Shown piece by piece: positions 14,101-27,191 of a stretch of DNA of 64,000 nucleotides. The position numbers and the translations under genes were made by a program. This stretch comes from Fistulifera solaris (Eukaryota). The notes beneath the pieces were generated by a model, which made no database searches, was not told where the DNA came from, and worked only from the letters and a program-made list of their open reading frames with translations. Location: positions 62,001-126,000 of the forward strand of contig AP026136.1 in assembly GCA_030295235.1 (NCBI GenBank), given 5' to 3'. Position 1 is the stretch's first letter, and every line of letters starts with the position of its first letter.

Positions 14101-15666
14101 CGTCGAGGCGGTGGCCCGGTCGATCTGGATGAACTGAGTGCAGGATCGGAAACAAAGTCAACGTTCTCCACGAATACCGATGGGCGGTCGATCGCAAGCT
14201 TCAAACTTAAAAGTAACATACGAGATACGTCACCACTGGTGAGAAGGCGACAAGCCGGCAAGGCACTGGTGACACCGTCTCCAGCGCAAGAAGCAGAAGA
14301 CAGGACGAAAGTTGAGCGTGATGTTTTCAAAGACCAAAATGCTCAAGGGAAATCGACCAGACGTATCCAAACCGGAACGAGCCACGAATCTTGCGACCAA
14401 GAAATGGTCGATCATTACCATTCTGCACCCCGTGGCATAACGCGCGAAGATCCTTCGCGAGATTTGTCCCCGAAAACCCGGAACACTGTTGCTGAGTGGA
14501 ATTCGCGTGGAACCGAGACCGGCAGTGCACCCTTGAGCCCAAGAAATAGTGCTGAATGGAAGGTGTTTCTTGCGAAGAAAGTTCGCGCGGAGAGAGACGC
14601 TTCGTCACGAGCGGCTGAATCGTTGAATATGCCTCGTCAACTATTCAAATCATCTCCCGACGACGGAGATGGATATGACGACGATTCAATCTTTGATTTC
14701 AAGACCGCAGTCAATGTTCCTAATGATGGCGGTGAAAACAGAAATCGCGTACATCCAACCGACAAACATAATCCACCGAAAGCTGAGAGAGGAATATCGC
14801 AGACAAATGTCACCCCCATTAAATCTGACTCGGCACCATTGAAGGACATATCCCATTTATCTCCAATTAATTCTCGAGACGAAGGCGATGCTGAGTACGA
14901 TGATGGCAGATACGTATCTACGTCTAGAGTACATGGCATAGAGACTGCGAAGCGCGTCAACTTCTTCCAGCGACTAGCAGAGTGCACAGGACCGGTTTTA
15001 TCGGAAAATAAAGGAATACCATCTTCGCACCTCTCTTTTCTGCAGAACAATATCTGTGGTCGGCCAGGTGATGTACACGATGATACCGCCAGTGATGACG
15101 GTATCTTGGATAAGGATATCGAGAATCTTGAGAAAGGCGTCGCAATGGATGATGTTGCTAACGTTTCTGTAAACGATGGAAACGAAGATACCGACCTTCA
15201 GCATAGGGCTGACAAAAAAATCGACATCAAACTGGCACGTGCAAAAGCAGGAGCCGGGTTGAGTAGTCGGCGCTCATCTACTGGTAGCAGCGTAATATCA
15301 GAAGGTAGTTTTGGTGCCAAGACGGCTTATTTGGAAGCAATCGCGATGAAAGCAGCCGTCGCAACACCCAGAAGTCGCAGCCGCGCTCGTTCCACTTCAA
15401 ATTCAAGTGCGGTATCTGCTGCGTCGTCCGTTCATTCCGAGAAATGGAAGGCGTTCTTGGAGAGAAAGAAAGCAGGCACATCACCCAGCGTGATCAGCAG
15501 AGCATCCGACGAGAGATACAAGGAGATGATCGCGAGACTAAAATCTTCCCCGCGACAGGTAGATGCCGACGACGTGTCGCAGTCTGCAAAGGACCTGTCT
15601 GGTGCCAAAGTGGAAGCGCTAATGGCTCAGTTAACAGGGTCCAATGTAAGTGAGGCGGAAATATAG
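11118..15666 (+). CDS. Large low-complexity, probably disordered protein (about 1500 aa), broken by several frameshifts
   Basis: Chain of overlapping + ORFs 10968..12227, 12137..12418, 12273..13013, 12932..13165 and 13234..15666. Internal repeats WxESxK...WDPxxG and EWKxFLxxK. Confidence 0.65.
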
Positions 15667-16607
15667 TTCCGAATCTATAAATAAGAAATGTAAAAAAGTT
15701 AACGTCCCAATACGGTAACTTTGTTGAAACGTAGCATCTGGAACACGTGATTATCAGATCGACTTGAAAGGCATTACACCAAAAGTCCTGATAGCCTTCT
15801 GTCGGGCACGTCTAACAAACTGATGCCCTTGAACGCTACTAAACAAACTGGAAGCCCAAGACACATATCAAGAATCACGAAGCATTTTGCTATTCCCTGA
15901 TTATATGGTAAAGAAGCAGATTTATTTAGTGTTTGTGCGCTTATGATTGTCCCGATACGATTAGATTCATTGATTAATCAAGGCTTTGACAACAAATTGA
16001 CATTATAGAGATACTATCAACTGACAGCTTTTCGATAGGAACCTGCTTTTCAAATGCGGATTTCTTTTTTCGAAGGATGGGTCTCTTGGTGACGGCAGAA
16101 CCTTGCCGTCGGCCCTCCTACTTGTGCATCTTGATTCACCATAGCACCGTAGCAGGGGAGCAACAACGTTGACAAGAAATTTGACATGCATTAATTGTGA
16201 AAAGGTGAGGTCGTTCGAATCATTTTTTATCAGTCAGAATGCAGTATTAAGTAGACTACGTCGCTTATCCCCTTGTACAGAATATGAACGATACAGATGT
16301 CATAACCGTTGACCAATCGGTCTCCTAGGAAAATGTGATTGTCGAAAAATTTAGATTAGTACTTAGAAGACATTATCGCTATTAAGACGTCAAAGCGCTT
16401 CTCATCCACATTTTATTGCAAACTGGTTCAGTTATTTAGGCAAGATGTCACGAACGAACCCCACACAAATTCGTCCAACAAATCGAAGTCACTTTCCTCA
16501 ATACAAAGCAAGGCAGAAGGTGCACAACGAAGTTCTCTTTCATCGACTTCTTGGGTGTAAAGTCACTTCCTCGAAGAATAGTTTATCCATCTTATCAATT
16601 AAAATTA

Positions 16608-17186
16608 TGAAATTCTCCGCGATTGTGAAAGGTACGTAAAGTTCGCTTCGAGAACGACCCTGCACGTGTTTACAAAATCTCATTGTTCTCGAACAGTTTT
16701 GTTGACGACGGCCTTTTTTGGGCGCAGTTATAGTGAAGAACGCATGGCGTTGTTTCTCCATAATCACAACGGATTCTTTCTTCAACTAAGTGGGGAACCG
16801 TCCCATGACGATGACCCGGAAAATCTCCAAGATAGTTTTGGTGCACAGAGGACCAGCTTTGGGCCATGCGATACCTCCATCGGCGCCGGCAAATGCCTGA
16901 GCTCAACGGATGCGTTTTACAATTATTGCAAAAGGATGGTCTAAAGTTGGAAGATTGTCAGGCCAGTGTTTCCAAGCTGTCAGAGGCGGTGGGTTTAGAC
17001 TATGATAGCGAGACGCGCACTTGCTTCGCCCTCTTTGTTGGTGTCGGGTTGACGAAACAAGATCTGGAAACGTTCTGCCCGAAGGCAGACGAAGTCGCCT
17101 TCTATTATCCTGAAACTTCTGGATTCCCAGTAGATGCTCAGAGTAATGTGGAATCCTTCCAATGCTTTCAGTGTTCAAGGGGTTAA
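16608..17186 (+). CDS. Small Cys-rich protein, paralog of 1923-2500; 5' structure uncertain, frameshift near 16930
   Basis: CDTSIGAGKCLS...YNYC(K)KDGLKLEDCQ...VGLDYDSETRTCFA...CP...CFQC aligns with the 1923 protein. Confidence 0.6.
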
Positions 17187-17309
17187 ATTTAATAAAACAT
17201 GGGGTAACGGTGTTCTAGTAAAAACAGTTGCGTCCAGAACAGCGCAGTCTTTGCTTAGTTCGATGGCAATTAGAAGATGAAATTAATAAATGGATTGCAT
17301 TCTTCATGA

Positions 17310-19675
17310 TCAAGAAGCTCGTCCGAGTAAGGATTCTGATGATATCACGAGCGTCCCTTGGGCATAACGAGGGATACTGGTTATTAACCCAAACTCCTGC
17401 TCTAACCATTCTTTTAAGTAGTCACGCAATGATGTCTTGTTGGATTGTTTGCCCACACCAGTAATGAGGGTAAGCTCTTGGTTATCCACATGTTCATAAT
17501 GTTTTAACAAATAGCGACATGCTGCGCGGGCTACAGGAAATGTTAACCCCGACAAATTAATTTCATTCGCCGAATCCAAGAAGCCATTTAGAAGCAACTT
17601 TCGCTCCACGGCATACGCTAGAATGCCATCTACATGTGCTTGATAGGCTTCTGATTCGTCTGCACCCGCTAAAGCCCCTATCACTTCCGTAATGGTAATG
17701 ATGTCCGGCACTAAATTCGCTTTCCCCGTGGAATATCGCCGTTTTGGCACACCCGCCTCTGCAGTGCGCGTCAGCAACAACGTTTTCGGTTGCGCCGTAC
17801 CTTGTTCCAACAATTCATTCCACAACTGCCAAGATTGTTCGGGCCTGTGTGCCACACGCAACGCGTTAAAGACGGCATTATACGTGACCAAATCCGGCTG
17901 TATTTTGTGTTGTTTCATTTGCGCCAACAGTCGCAAAGCGTGATCTGCTTGTCCATGCTTGCCACAACTCGCAATTGCAGCCGTATACACCAATCGATTG
18001 GGAGGCTGTGCACTATCTTGCATCTCTTGGATGTATTGGAGTGCCAACTCCCATGGACCATAACAGCAGCACATAATGACAGCATTGTACGTAAATCCGT
18101 CGGGTTGTAAGTTTTGCTGCTTGATTTCCTCCAGTAAATTCACGGCGTGTTGCCAAATGGGAGTAGTCTCATTGGCAGATATAGTTGCATTGGTAGTTGT
18201 GGTCACATCATTCGGTTCCTTGGCTTGAAGTTTTGCGGTTTGTGCAAGCGCTTGCAAGGCGGCATTGTATGTTATTAACGGAATGGTCGCGTCGACAATA
18301 GTTGCTTTTAATGCATGCAGAAATTCCAATGCCCGATGCGGCGCCGCTTGCATGGCCACACGATACGTGAAACTATTGGGAACAATCTGCTGTTGTTTCA
18401 TTTCGTCCAAGAATTGCAAAGCTCTCTTAGATTGTTTCAATGCGACACAAGCTTCCATGGCCGCAGTATATAAATACACATCCAACAGACCCAATTTATC
18501 TTGCGCGACTTCAAATAAGACCAACGCCCGCTTCCATTGTCGATCCTGCAGACACGCTCGTACTACGTGCGTGTACGTGACGACATTGGGTGCCAAATTG
18601 TATTTTGCTGCAATTCCTGGAGGAGCTGCAACACCAACGGTACGTTGCGTTCCCGTTGGGCCAAATACATGACACGATTGTACGTTTCAATGGTCGGTGA
18701 TTGCGTGCGTTGCAAATCGCGCAATAAGGATTGCGCCGTCGCCAAGGGCACGTGTCGATGAAATAAAATGGCATGATAGCATTCGAGTGATAGTTTTGCC
18801 GCATGATGTTGTCGTAAAAATTCCCATAATGTCCAAACATTTCTCCACGATTGTTGTGATGCAGTCTTTTGTAACAATTCGAGCACATCCGCAGCGGTTA
18901 AGATGGCTTCCGCTGCTTGCAATAATGACAGGAGGGTCTGGATGGGACAATCTTTCGCATGAATACACACATTCCACAAGGCACGATAAGTTTCCACTTG
19001 TGTAGAATCTATTACAGAGACGTTGAGACGAGATTGCTGTTGGAGTAATTTCCATTCACGCAAAGCCCATTTCCATTGCCCCAATCGACACAAGACTTGA
19101 ATGGCATCATTGTGCGTTTGTGACGATTGTCGCAACAACGACCACACCTCGTCGTCGTCGTGGCGACTCGACGTAGGCGTCAAACAGCAATGTCGCAGAA
19201 TATATTCGACATGCATTCGAGTCGGTTCGACCGTTTGTTTCAAGGCATTCCAAACTTCCACCAAGAGTGAGTTGTCAGTCGACGTAGTATTATTCGTACT
19301 ACTGCTCGTAGCCTGCAAGCATTTGAGAAAAGTCTGTTCCGTTTGTACAAATTTTAGCTGCTGCATGATTCGTAACGTTTGCAAGACACCTTCCCAGTCA
19401 TTGTGGCGTATGTAATCCGCCAAATGATCATCGCATTGTTCGGGTGTTAACCAGAGTGAATCATCCGTCCAAGTACTTGTCGTTTCCGAAGCCATCGGAT
19501 TGCTTTCTGAACAAGAACGTTGTGTTCTGCGACAAAAGGACGTTATCTGCTTCCGTTGATGCGGTATTCTCTGCGATAGAAGAATACTAGAAGGATTGTA
19601 GATTGTTGTAAAGGACGTCCAGCCATGACAGGACGAAAGGATGAAATGTAGTGTTAATAAAACATAGAGAATCAT
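17310..19675 (-). CDS. Pentatricopeptide-repeat protein with C-terminal Smr domain, probably plastid-targeted; frameshift near 18600
   Basis: PPR motifs PNVVTYT, PDGFTYNAVI, PDLVTYNAVF; Smr-like INLSGL...LITGVGK; N-terminal signal MILYVLLTLHFILSSCHG-W. Confidence 0.85.
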
Positions 19676-19923
19676 TTCAGTACACAGCGAAGGGGAAAGA
19701 CAGAAGGAAGCGCCGAACATTCTCATTATTATTAGAGTAAAGAATGATTCACAGCGATAGAAGGTTCGAGGTTCGAAGGTAGGGTAGAGGATGCATTGGT
19801 AGTAAAACATTAAAAAATGGATCTGTTGCGATTTGTAGATGATGTAAAAACGTCGCGTGCATTTTTTGAATGCGGTCGCCGGAGGGACGAGTGGAGCTTG
19901 TTTGCTTCATGCTTCATGACGAC

Positions 19924-20200
19924 TCATGACTGAAAAGCAGTCGTGGCGAAAAACAGACAACACTTCGCGTCTATAGTAAATACTGGTATTGAGCACAACA
20001 AATCGTTGAGGCTCTTCGACATCTTGAATCAAAAACGTGCCTTGAAAATATTATGGTTAACTATCGCATTGCATTACCGACAATTATTGCTCAGCAATCT
20101 TTCAATATGAACTTAAGTTAACTCGAAAGAAAATCAATTCATGACTGAAATTCAGTCGTGGAGACAAAGGGCGTCTTCACTTTGGGCTATAGTAAACACG
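19924..20200. repeat. Dispersed intergenic repeat, copy 1 (two TCATGACTG..CAGTCGTG hairpins, each followed by CTATAGTAAA)
   Basis: Visibly similar to 29473-29650 over about 130-250 bp. Confidence 0.6.
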
Positions 20201-20829
20201 GAAGCTATCATTTCTCTAGCATCTTTTAGCGTGAATCTCTAAAAAGTCAATGCTATGTTCTAGATGACAAGTGTGATGTGAATGAACATTGTGACTCTAG
20301 TAATGCAGACAAAGGTTTCAATTGGAACGTAAAGTAACCAACCCAACATTGATTGCTCATGACTCATGACTGACTCCAGTCTTGGAGGATTTGACACGTG
20401 TAAACCTGGCAACACAGCTGCAGTTTCATTTTCGTTGGTTCCCAAACACGTTTCGAATGAGACACAGAATAGAAACGCTTCTTACTTTGCAGTGGATACT
20501 CGTACTGTTGGAACGTCTGAGGAACAACCCCTATCCCAACTTCCCACCTTGGAATCTCCGAAATTCGCGCAACATGGTGTGATGAATCGAAAAAACAAAC
20601 AAACCAACGATAGCGAATGCAAGAAGTGAATCATTGCTTATCAAACGCTTCCTTTCTCAGGTTTCAAACGTTCACAATCGAAAGCGACAGAAAAAGGATG
20701 ATTCGTCAAGGCGAAGTTATCTTTTGCATCCGATAGTATTTCAACGACAAACAATTAGATTACATTACACATTACATTACATTACATTTAATCAATCTCT
20801 CCGAATATCTCTCACATGTTACTTGAAGA

Positions 20830-22647
20830 ATGAAAGCCGATTCCTCCTCCTCCTCCTCCTCCTCCTCCTCCTCCTTCTTCTTCTCTTTGCAACATCCAAA
20901 CAATGAAGAAGAATTTGTTGCAGAACCGCAACCCGCGAATCATGACTGCGAAGATCACATAAATGAAGTAACACCCGCAACAACAACACTCGTTTCGTCG
21001 TCTCCCTCCGAAGCAGAACCCTCTCACCCAAAAGTCCTTCTACGAAACCATTACCAGTCCAACGCTCCGCCCGTTTGTCATTATCAGTACTTCCTATTTA
21101 CTTTTCACGATCACAGATGGTGCCATTCGCATGATTGTTTTGTTGCATGCGTACAACAAATCCTTTTCGGCTCTCCAAGTCGCCTACATGTTCACCTTGT
21201 ACGAACTGGCCGGTGTGGTGACCAATTTGGCCGCGGGCTTTCTTGGGGCACAATGGGGCATCCGTTACACACTCTTGTGTGGATTACTACTGCAATTACT
21301 GTCGTATGGACTCTTGTTTGGATGGAACGATGATTGGTCGCAACAAACGGCCATTGTCTACGTGACGATCGCACAAATGTTTGCGGGGATTGCCAAAGAT
21401 TTGACCAAACTGGGGGGCAAGACGGTGACCAAATTAGTTACACCGGAAGATAAAGAAACACAGTTGTTTCGATTGGTCAGTCTTCTCACGGGATGGAAGA
21501 ATTCATTGAAAGGAGTCGGATATTTTTTAGGGAGTGCCATGTTGCAAGTCTCCTATGAACTCGCTTTGTGCGTAATGATGGGATTGGTCTTGTTGGCTTT
21601 GCCCTGGGCGTATCTGGGACTCGATAACAATTTAGGGACGGCCAAGAAAGAGAATGCGACGTGGCAGTCGGTATTCAAAATGGACAATACCAATTTAAAC
21701 TGGTTGAGTGCGGCACGGTTGTTTCTCTTTGCCAGTCGTGATTTTTGGTTCGAAGTACCTTTGCCCTTCTTTTGCGTAGCCCGGCATGTGAGGGATTGGG
21801 AGAAACGGTGTGCGCTTTGGGAGAGGACGATATTTGTCAAGTAGGAGCGGTTTGTGTCAATGAAGTTTGTACGGCCTTGAACAGTGGCGGAGGATGCGGT
21901 GGATTGGGCATGAATCGTGTCGTTGTCGGTGCCATGTTGGGAGGATATATTATCTTGTACGGGCAGGTTCAATCTTGGACACCGCAATGGGTCACGGGAC
22001 CGTTGCAACAAACCCCACCGAACAAATGGACCGAAGTATGGTGGGGTGTTATCAATAGTATTCCGACATTGATTGCGGGTTGTTTGTTGCAATTTGCACC
22101 GGCCTTTGAAAACAATGGTGTGGCGGACGCGGAAGAACGGAATGAAGTCGTCATGACGATTCTTATGATTGTGATTTTGGTCACATTTGCTTTCGTCTTT
22201 GCCGTCAATTCGTCGATTCATTCGTATTTGATTGTGGCGTATGCGAGTATGGACAAGGTTGCTGTCTCGGTCGGTTTCTATTACATGAGCAATGCCGTGG
22301 GACGACTGTTCGGAACGTTGGGATCGGGATTGTTGTACACGTATGTCGGTGAAACCGATTGGGCCACGGCCGCATCGGGTCATGATGCCGTAGCAGGTTT
22401 GGCGGCTTGTTTCTTTGCTGGTACAATCTGTAGCTTACTGGCGGCGTGGATCACAATTCGTATTGATGACAACAAGAGTGGACTGAAATGTGGTCCATGT
22501 TGGACCATTGTTCCGGTGAATGAGGATTTTGACGAAGGCGACGACGAACAAGTAACAGTCGAACAACAGCAGCCTTCAGTTGGTGTCGTCGTCGTCGTCA
22601 AAGACGAAGTCAACCGAGAGGAGGATGGGTATATCAAAGCCCTCTAG
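20830..22647 (+). CDS. arsJ: ArsJ-type organoarsenical efflux MFS transporter; frameshifts near 21050 and 21772
   Basis: SYLLFTITDGAIRM, YELAGVVTNLAAG, GIAKDLTKLGGK, LTGWKNSLKGVGYFLG, LSAARLFLFASRDFWF, FAVNSSIHSYLIV and VGFYYMSNAVGRLFGT are characteristic ArsJ motifs. Confidence 0.85.
20842..20874 (+). repeat. (TCC)n microsatellite encoding poly-Ser
   Basis: About 11 TCC units seen directly. Confidence 0.9.
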
Positions 22648-22786
22648 AGACGCAAAACCCAATCAGTAGGAATCCTTTTGTAATGTTTACAAATATTTCA
22701 AAAGTCATTTGTTTCTACAACAATCTTCTGTGCTTTTCCTTAACAATTTTTCAAATGCTACACTCTCTCATAGTCGTTGTTCTGTG

Positions 22787-23503
22787 TTACAAATCATCTT
22801 GCAAATCCAACACCAGATGTTCTTCCCCCGCTTTAAAGGCCGGTTTCCCCAAATACGGACAGGAAGCACAACGAAAGGCATCTCCCAAACCACATTTTCC
22901 ACACGAACTGGCCGGAACTGCCTGCGGCTGCTGTTCGAGCAAGACATTACCGTCTTTGCGACCGCACGTACAATCCGCACACGGTTCTCGACCTCCACAA
23001 TCGTCTCCTTTCGTGGCGACCGCCGACAAGGCCGGTGGTGGTGCCAACAAATCACTTTCCAACAAGGAGTTTTCATCCAACACAGGAGGAGTCGTCGTCG
23101 TCGTCCAAAGAGGTTTGGCCTGCATACGAACATCGGGGGCACGTTTTTGGGCCTGTACCGTTACCGTGTCGGTGGCTTTACGTTCTCCGGTCGCTACCAG
23201 ACCTGCCAGTAACAAAGATGTTTGGAGTGTCGATGCAATATCTGGTGTGAAATTGCCCTGTACATGAATTTGTACGTGGGAAAAAGTCGAAAAGGACGAC
23301 AAATGCATCGGCGAATTCCATACTGTCGCAAATTCATCGGCTTTGACGTAAATATCTAGATTGGTTCCATCTTGTGGTGGCTGTGCATCCGTCCAGAGTG
23401 CAACACGACATACAGTCGATAGTGATGATTCATCGAGAGACGATGGGATTGTCGCATTCCCCAAAACAATACTCGTGCACGATCGAGTTGTTGCGGCGGT
23501 CAT
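22787..23503 (-). CDS. DRE2: Anamorsin/Dre2 Fe-S cluster assembly protein
   Basis: C...PCADCTCG and [29 protein letters not shown] motifs. Confidence 0.93.
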   Translation of the reverse strand: MTAATTRSCTSIVLGNATIPSSLDESSLSTVCRVALWTDAQPPQDGTNLDIYVKADEFATVWNSPMHLSSFSTFSHVQIHVQGNFTPDIASTLQTSLLLAGLVATGERKATDTVTVQAQKRAPDVRMQAKPLWTTTTTPPVLDENSLLESDLLAPPPALSAVATKGDDCGGREPCADCTCGRKDGNVLLEQQPQAVPASSCGKCGLGDAFRCASCPYLGKPAFKAGEEHLVLDLQDDL

Positions 23504-24639
23504 TTTGCGTGTTTCCGTGTGTGTGGTAGCGTGGCGTTATGTTTGACAGCAAAAGGAGCAATCGAATCGAAATGCAAATAATCAATTAATATTGCAGAAC
23601 AGAAGAGAATGAACTTGAAGAGAAGAACGAATTATATTATCTCAAATGATTCGTTCGTTTTGCCTTGTCGATTATTTTTTTGAATGTGACTGGAAGCAGC
23701 AGCGCGTGTACCGTGTACCGGTACTGGTACCAGGTACCGGTACCAGGCTTCGCGTTTGTGTCGTGCTCCAATTCGGATTGCGTCTCATGACTGAAATTTC
23801 AGTCACGGCGAAAAAAGCACGAAGCATCGTTATCTATACCTGGTAGCTACAAAAATCTTACTCACGACACTGCAATTTGTGATGCTAGAGCCCGTCTGTG
23901 GCTGCTTTTTTGGCCATCACATACACAGGGACTATGGGATAGAAGCCAGATTGATCCAGAAAGACGCTTGCATCGACGATGCGCAAACGTTTTCAACACC
24001 ACAAACACGAAATAATATCCTCGTCCCCTTCGGCGTCTAGCTCCTGCGGGGAGCTTTCTTCGTGCTCCCACACACAAACACAAACACGGACACCAAACCG
24101 GAATCTTATCTTAGCGGTACCGATGCTACACACACAAGGACTTTAGTTACCGCTAGGACAAATGAAAGAGAGGGTTCGATGACGTATGTCAAGTCGTTTT
24201 CAAGCCAGAAGAGTAAAAAGTCTTCGTTGGAATTCGTGACCTTTATTGCAGAATGCAGAACGGCAAGTGTGTCACTTTTCCCCAAAAGCCAAAAGACAGA
24301 ACTTTCATCACCTTATCGACCACATTTTTACACGAAATACCCTGGTACCCTGCTTCTCGGCATTTTCCAGCTCACAGCTCACAGACGACTCAGAGCCCTA
24401 CTCACAGCTTCAATGTCTGACTGCTAGAAGAATGTAGATGATCAAAAGCTAACTTCAATGACGTCGGCGGCGTGTGCCGATGGGCATCTCGGAACTTGTT
24501 GTTTCTCCACTTCTCCGCCGGACGGCTTTTTTTCGATCTTTCCATCATTCGGTCCTTTTCCACATCTTCCAAAGATCTCATTCTTTTTCGTTTTTTGATT
24601 TTTTTGTTGGCATCCAGCACACAAGTTTTTGTTTTCTTC

Positions 24640-27191
24640 ATGAAACTGACGGCTCATTGGGGATCCGTCTTGTATTTGTCTTCTTCATTGTTATTGTTGC
24701 ATCCGACTGCGGCCGCTCTTTTGTGAAACTACTACCGAAGGACTCACTGGACTGGGCGAAGAATTTACCTTTCCGTCGAAACTATCGATCGTCGATTTTT
24801 CGGCATCGGTGACTTACGCTACTTTGGCACAAGGTACGATTAAATGAATCATTGAGTTTACAAGTACTTATTTTGCTATTGTATGCCCTTCTCTTACCCA
24901 TCCGTGTTCTGCTTCACAGGCGCAACACCCTTTGTCAAAATCATCGCGGCGTCGGTACAGCCGGTCGTTTCTCTTGGCGAGGACGGTACTCTGACGATTG
25001 CCCCTGAAGGCTGCAGCATAGACGGAGCCCCTGTCGAAGGCGTTCCATCGGCCCCTTCGCCTGTACAAGCTCCTGTCGAAGGAGGAACGGACGGAGGTGC
25101 TCCAGTTGTTGCACCGGAAACACCGACCGCCAGTAGTGCCGCAACATCGGCTACACTCTTTTCTCTTCCGTTCTTTTCCCTGTCAACAAGATGACTTCGT
25201 TGTTCACGACATTGACTCTGCTTTCTACCTTCGCCTACGTGCAGGGTTCGAATCATGAAGGATCATGTATTCCGACTTTGACCATTGAAATTGGTGTGCC
25301 AGAAATGGCACCCGTACGACAGAACTTTGGTGAAACTGACCACTACTTGGCCGCGACGGTCGACACTGTGACGTGGGGATACTACGATCCGACGGCCACA
25401 GCTGAGACGGCAGCTCTCACCATGGCCTCGGGTGAGACGGTAACTGTGGAAGTGATTACGCATCATTCGAGTCACGACTACGCGAAGATGATTCGTGGTG
25501 ATCCGGCGGTCGAAGAAATCTTTTACTGGTCGGACAATCAAACAGAAGCTACGAAGAATGAACCGAAACTCCCTGGAACTGGTGTCCATTTGGTGACGGG
25601 CCCGATCAACGTAGAAGGTGCCATGCCCGGTGATATTCTTCAAGTCGATATCCTCGAATTGGATCCTCGTTACAATGTAAGTCATGTATGATGTGAAAAA
25701 AAAGTGTCGCTGGTTCGTTCGTCTCAATTATTGTTCTTTTGTGTTTCATATTGATTCGTTTGAAAGCCCGCTACTGGACGTTGCTACGGAACCAATTCAC
25801 AAAAGTTTGCCGGATACCAGTATCGCGTCGGCGAAAAGCGTGACGGCACTCCCTACGTTCGTACGGGTGGAACGGAAGCGATCACGGTCTTTGAATTCAT
25901 TGAAGACGATGCTTCCAACATGTTGTATGGTGCGCCTGTTTACATGTAAGTCATTCTTTCTTGGTGGATTTTTTTCGTATGGCTTGTCGTGTCTCGCTCT
26001 CAAAACAGTCATGTCCTCTATTCAGGTATCGTTTTCCCAACATGACGGATCCCGACGGAAACAACCGCACGATTGACAATAATCCCTCGGTCACTGTCCC
26101 TCATGAATTCAACCATGGATACAATGGAACACTTCTGGAAGAAGATCCCATTGTCTACCCTCCCGGATACGATGCGACTTTTGTAAGTACCAAAGGAAGC
26201 AACAAAAGATTGTCGATGACTACGAATAATTGTCGTTCACACATGTTTCCCATTCACACAGGTCACGGACGAAGGCGGCATCTTGTATTTGAGCCCGGAA
26301 CAAGCCCAATTGGACTGGAAAGTCCCATTGCGTCCCCACATTGGTACACTGGCGGTCATGCCCAACAATACCGGCAATTACTTGGACGAAGAAGCGCAAG
26401 GCGGTGCCAGTACCATTCCTCCGTCCCGCTTTGGTGGCAACATTGATGATTGGCGCATTGGCAAGGGTGGCACCATGTATTACAAAGTTGAAGTTCCTGG
26501 TGCCTTGTTGTTGGTCGGGGACACGCACGCGGCGCAGGGTGATTCGGAATTGGCCGGCACAGCCATGGAAACCAGCATGACGGCGAAGTTGCGTGTCACG
26601 TTGCACAAGGCGGATAGTTTGCCCAAGATTGTGTCGACCGTCGAATGGCCATTGTTGGAAACGTTTGACAAGTTTGTCGTGCATGGATTTGCGTTTGCGA
26701 ATTATTTGGATGATTTGGAAGATCCCTCAACGATCTTTGATGAAGGTGCTAGTTTGGATCAGGCTATGCAAGACTGTTTTGTCAAGACGCGTGATTGGTT
26801 GATGGATGTGTACGACTTGTTGGAAGAGGAAACGATTGCGTTGATGACAACTTCAGTGGATTTCGGTATTACGCAAGTTGTCGATGGTAACTGGGGTGTG
26901 CATGCGGATATTCCCAAATGGGTCTTTGATGATTCTGGAGCTCCCTACGATTATTCTTGCACAACTTCTCAAGGACCCGGTCGTCGTCGTCGTGGCCTCT
27001 TGAATCATCGCGAGCGTCGTTCTTTGTTTGCCAAGATGGTGGGTGATGATGTCGAAATGGATGCTTATGCTTCTCAGTTGTACAACAAAGTGACCGCTTC
27101 TTGCGCCGCCTGTGGAGATCATCACATGCGTGAATTGTTGGCGGAGAAGTTGGTTCATGCGAAGTTGGATTTCGCTCATGCGCGTGCTTAA
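24640..27191 (+). CDS. Acetamidase/formamidase (FmdA/AmdA) family protein with N-terminal signal peptide and extension; 4 introns, 2 probable frameshifts
   Basis: TVTWGY, GVHLVTGPINVEGAMPGDILQVDIL, PPSRFGGNID, GDTHAAQGDSELAGTAMET. GT-AG introns at about 24834-24919, 25677-25766, 25946-26026 and 26183-26261. Confidence 0.85.

Noticed and set aside
20759..20788. (ATTAC)n run, and (AGGAGCC)n at about 38973-38997
   Set aside because: Ordinary short microsatellites, not telomeric repeats, with no further structure.
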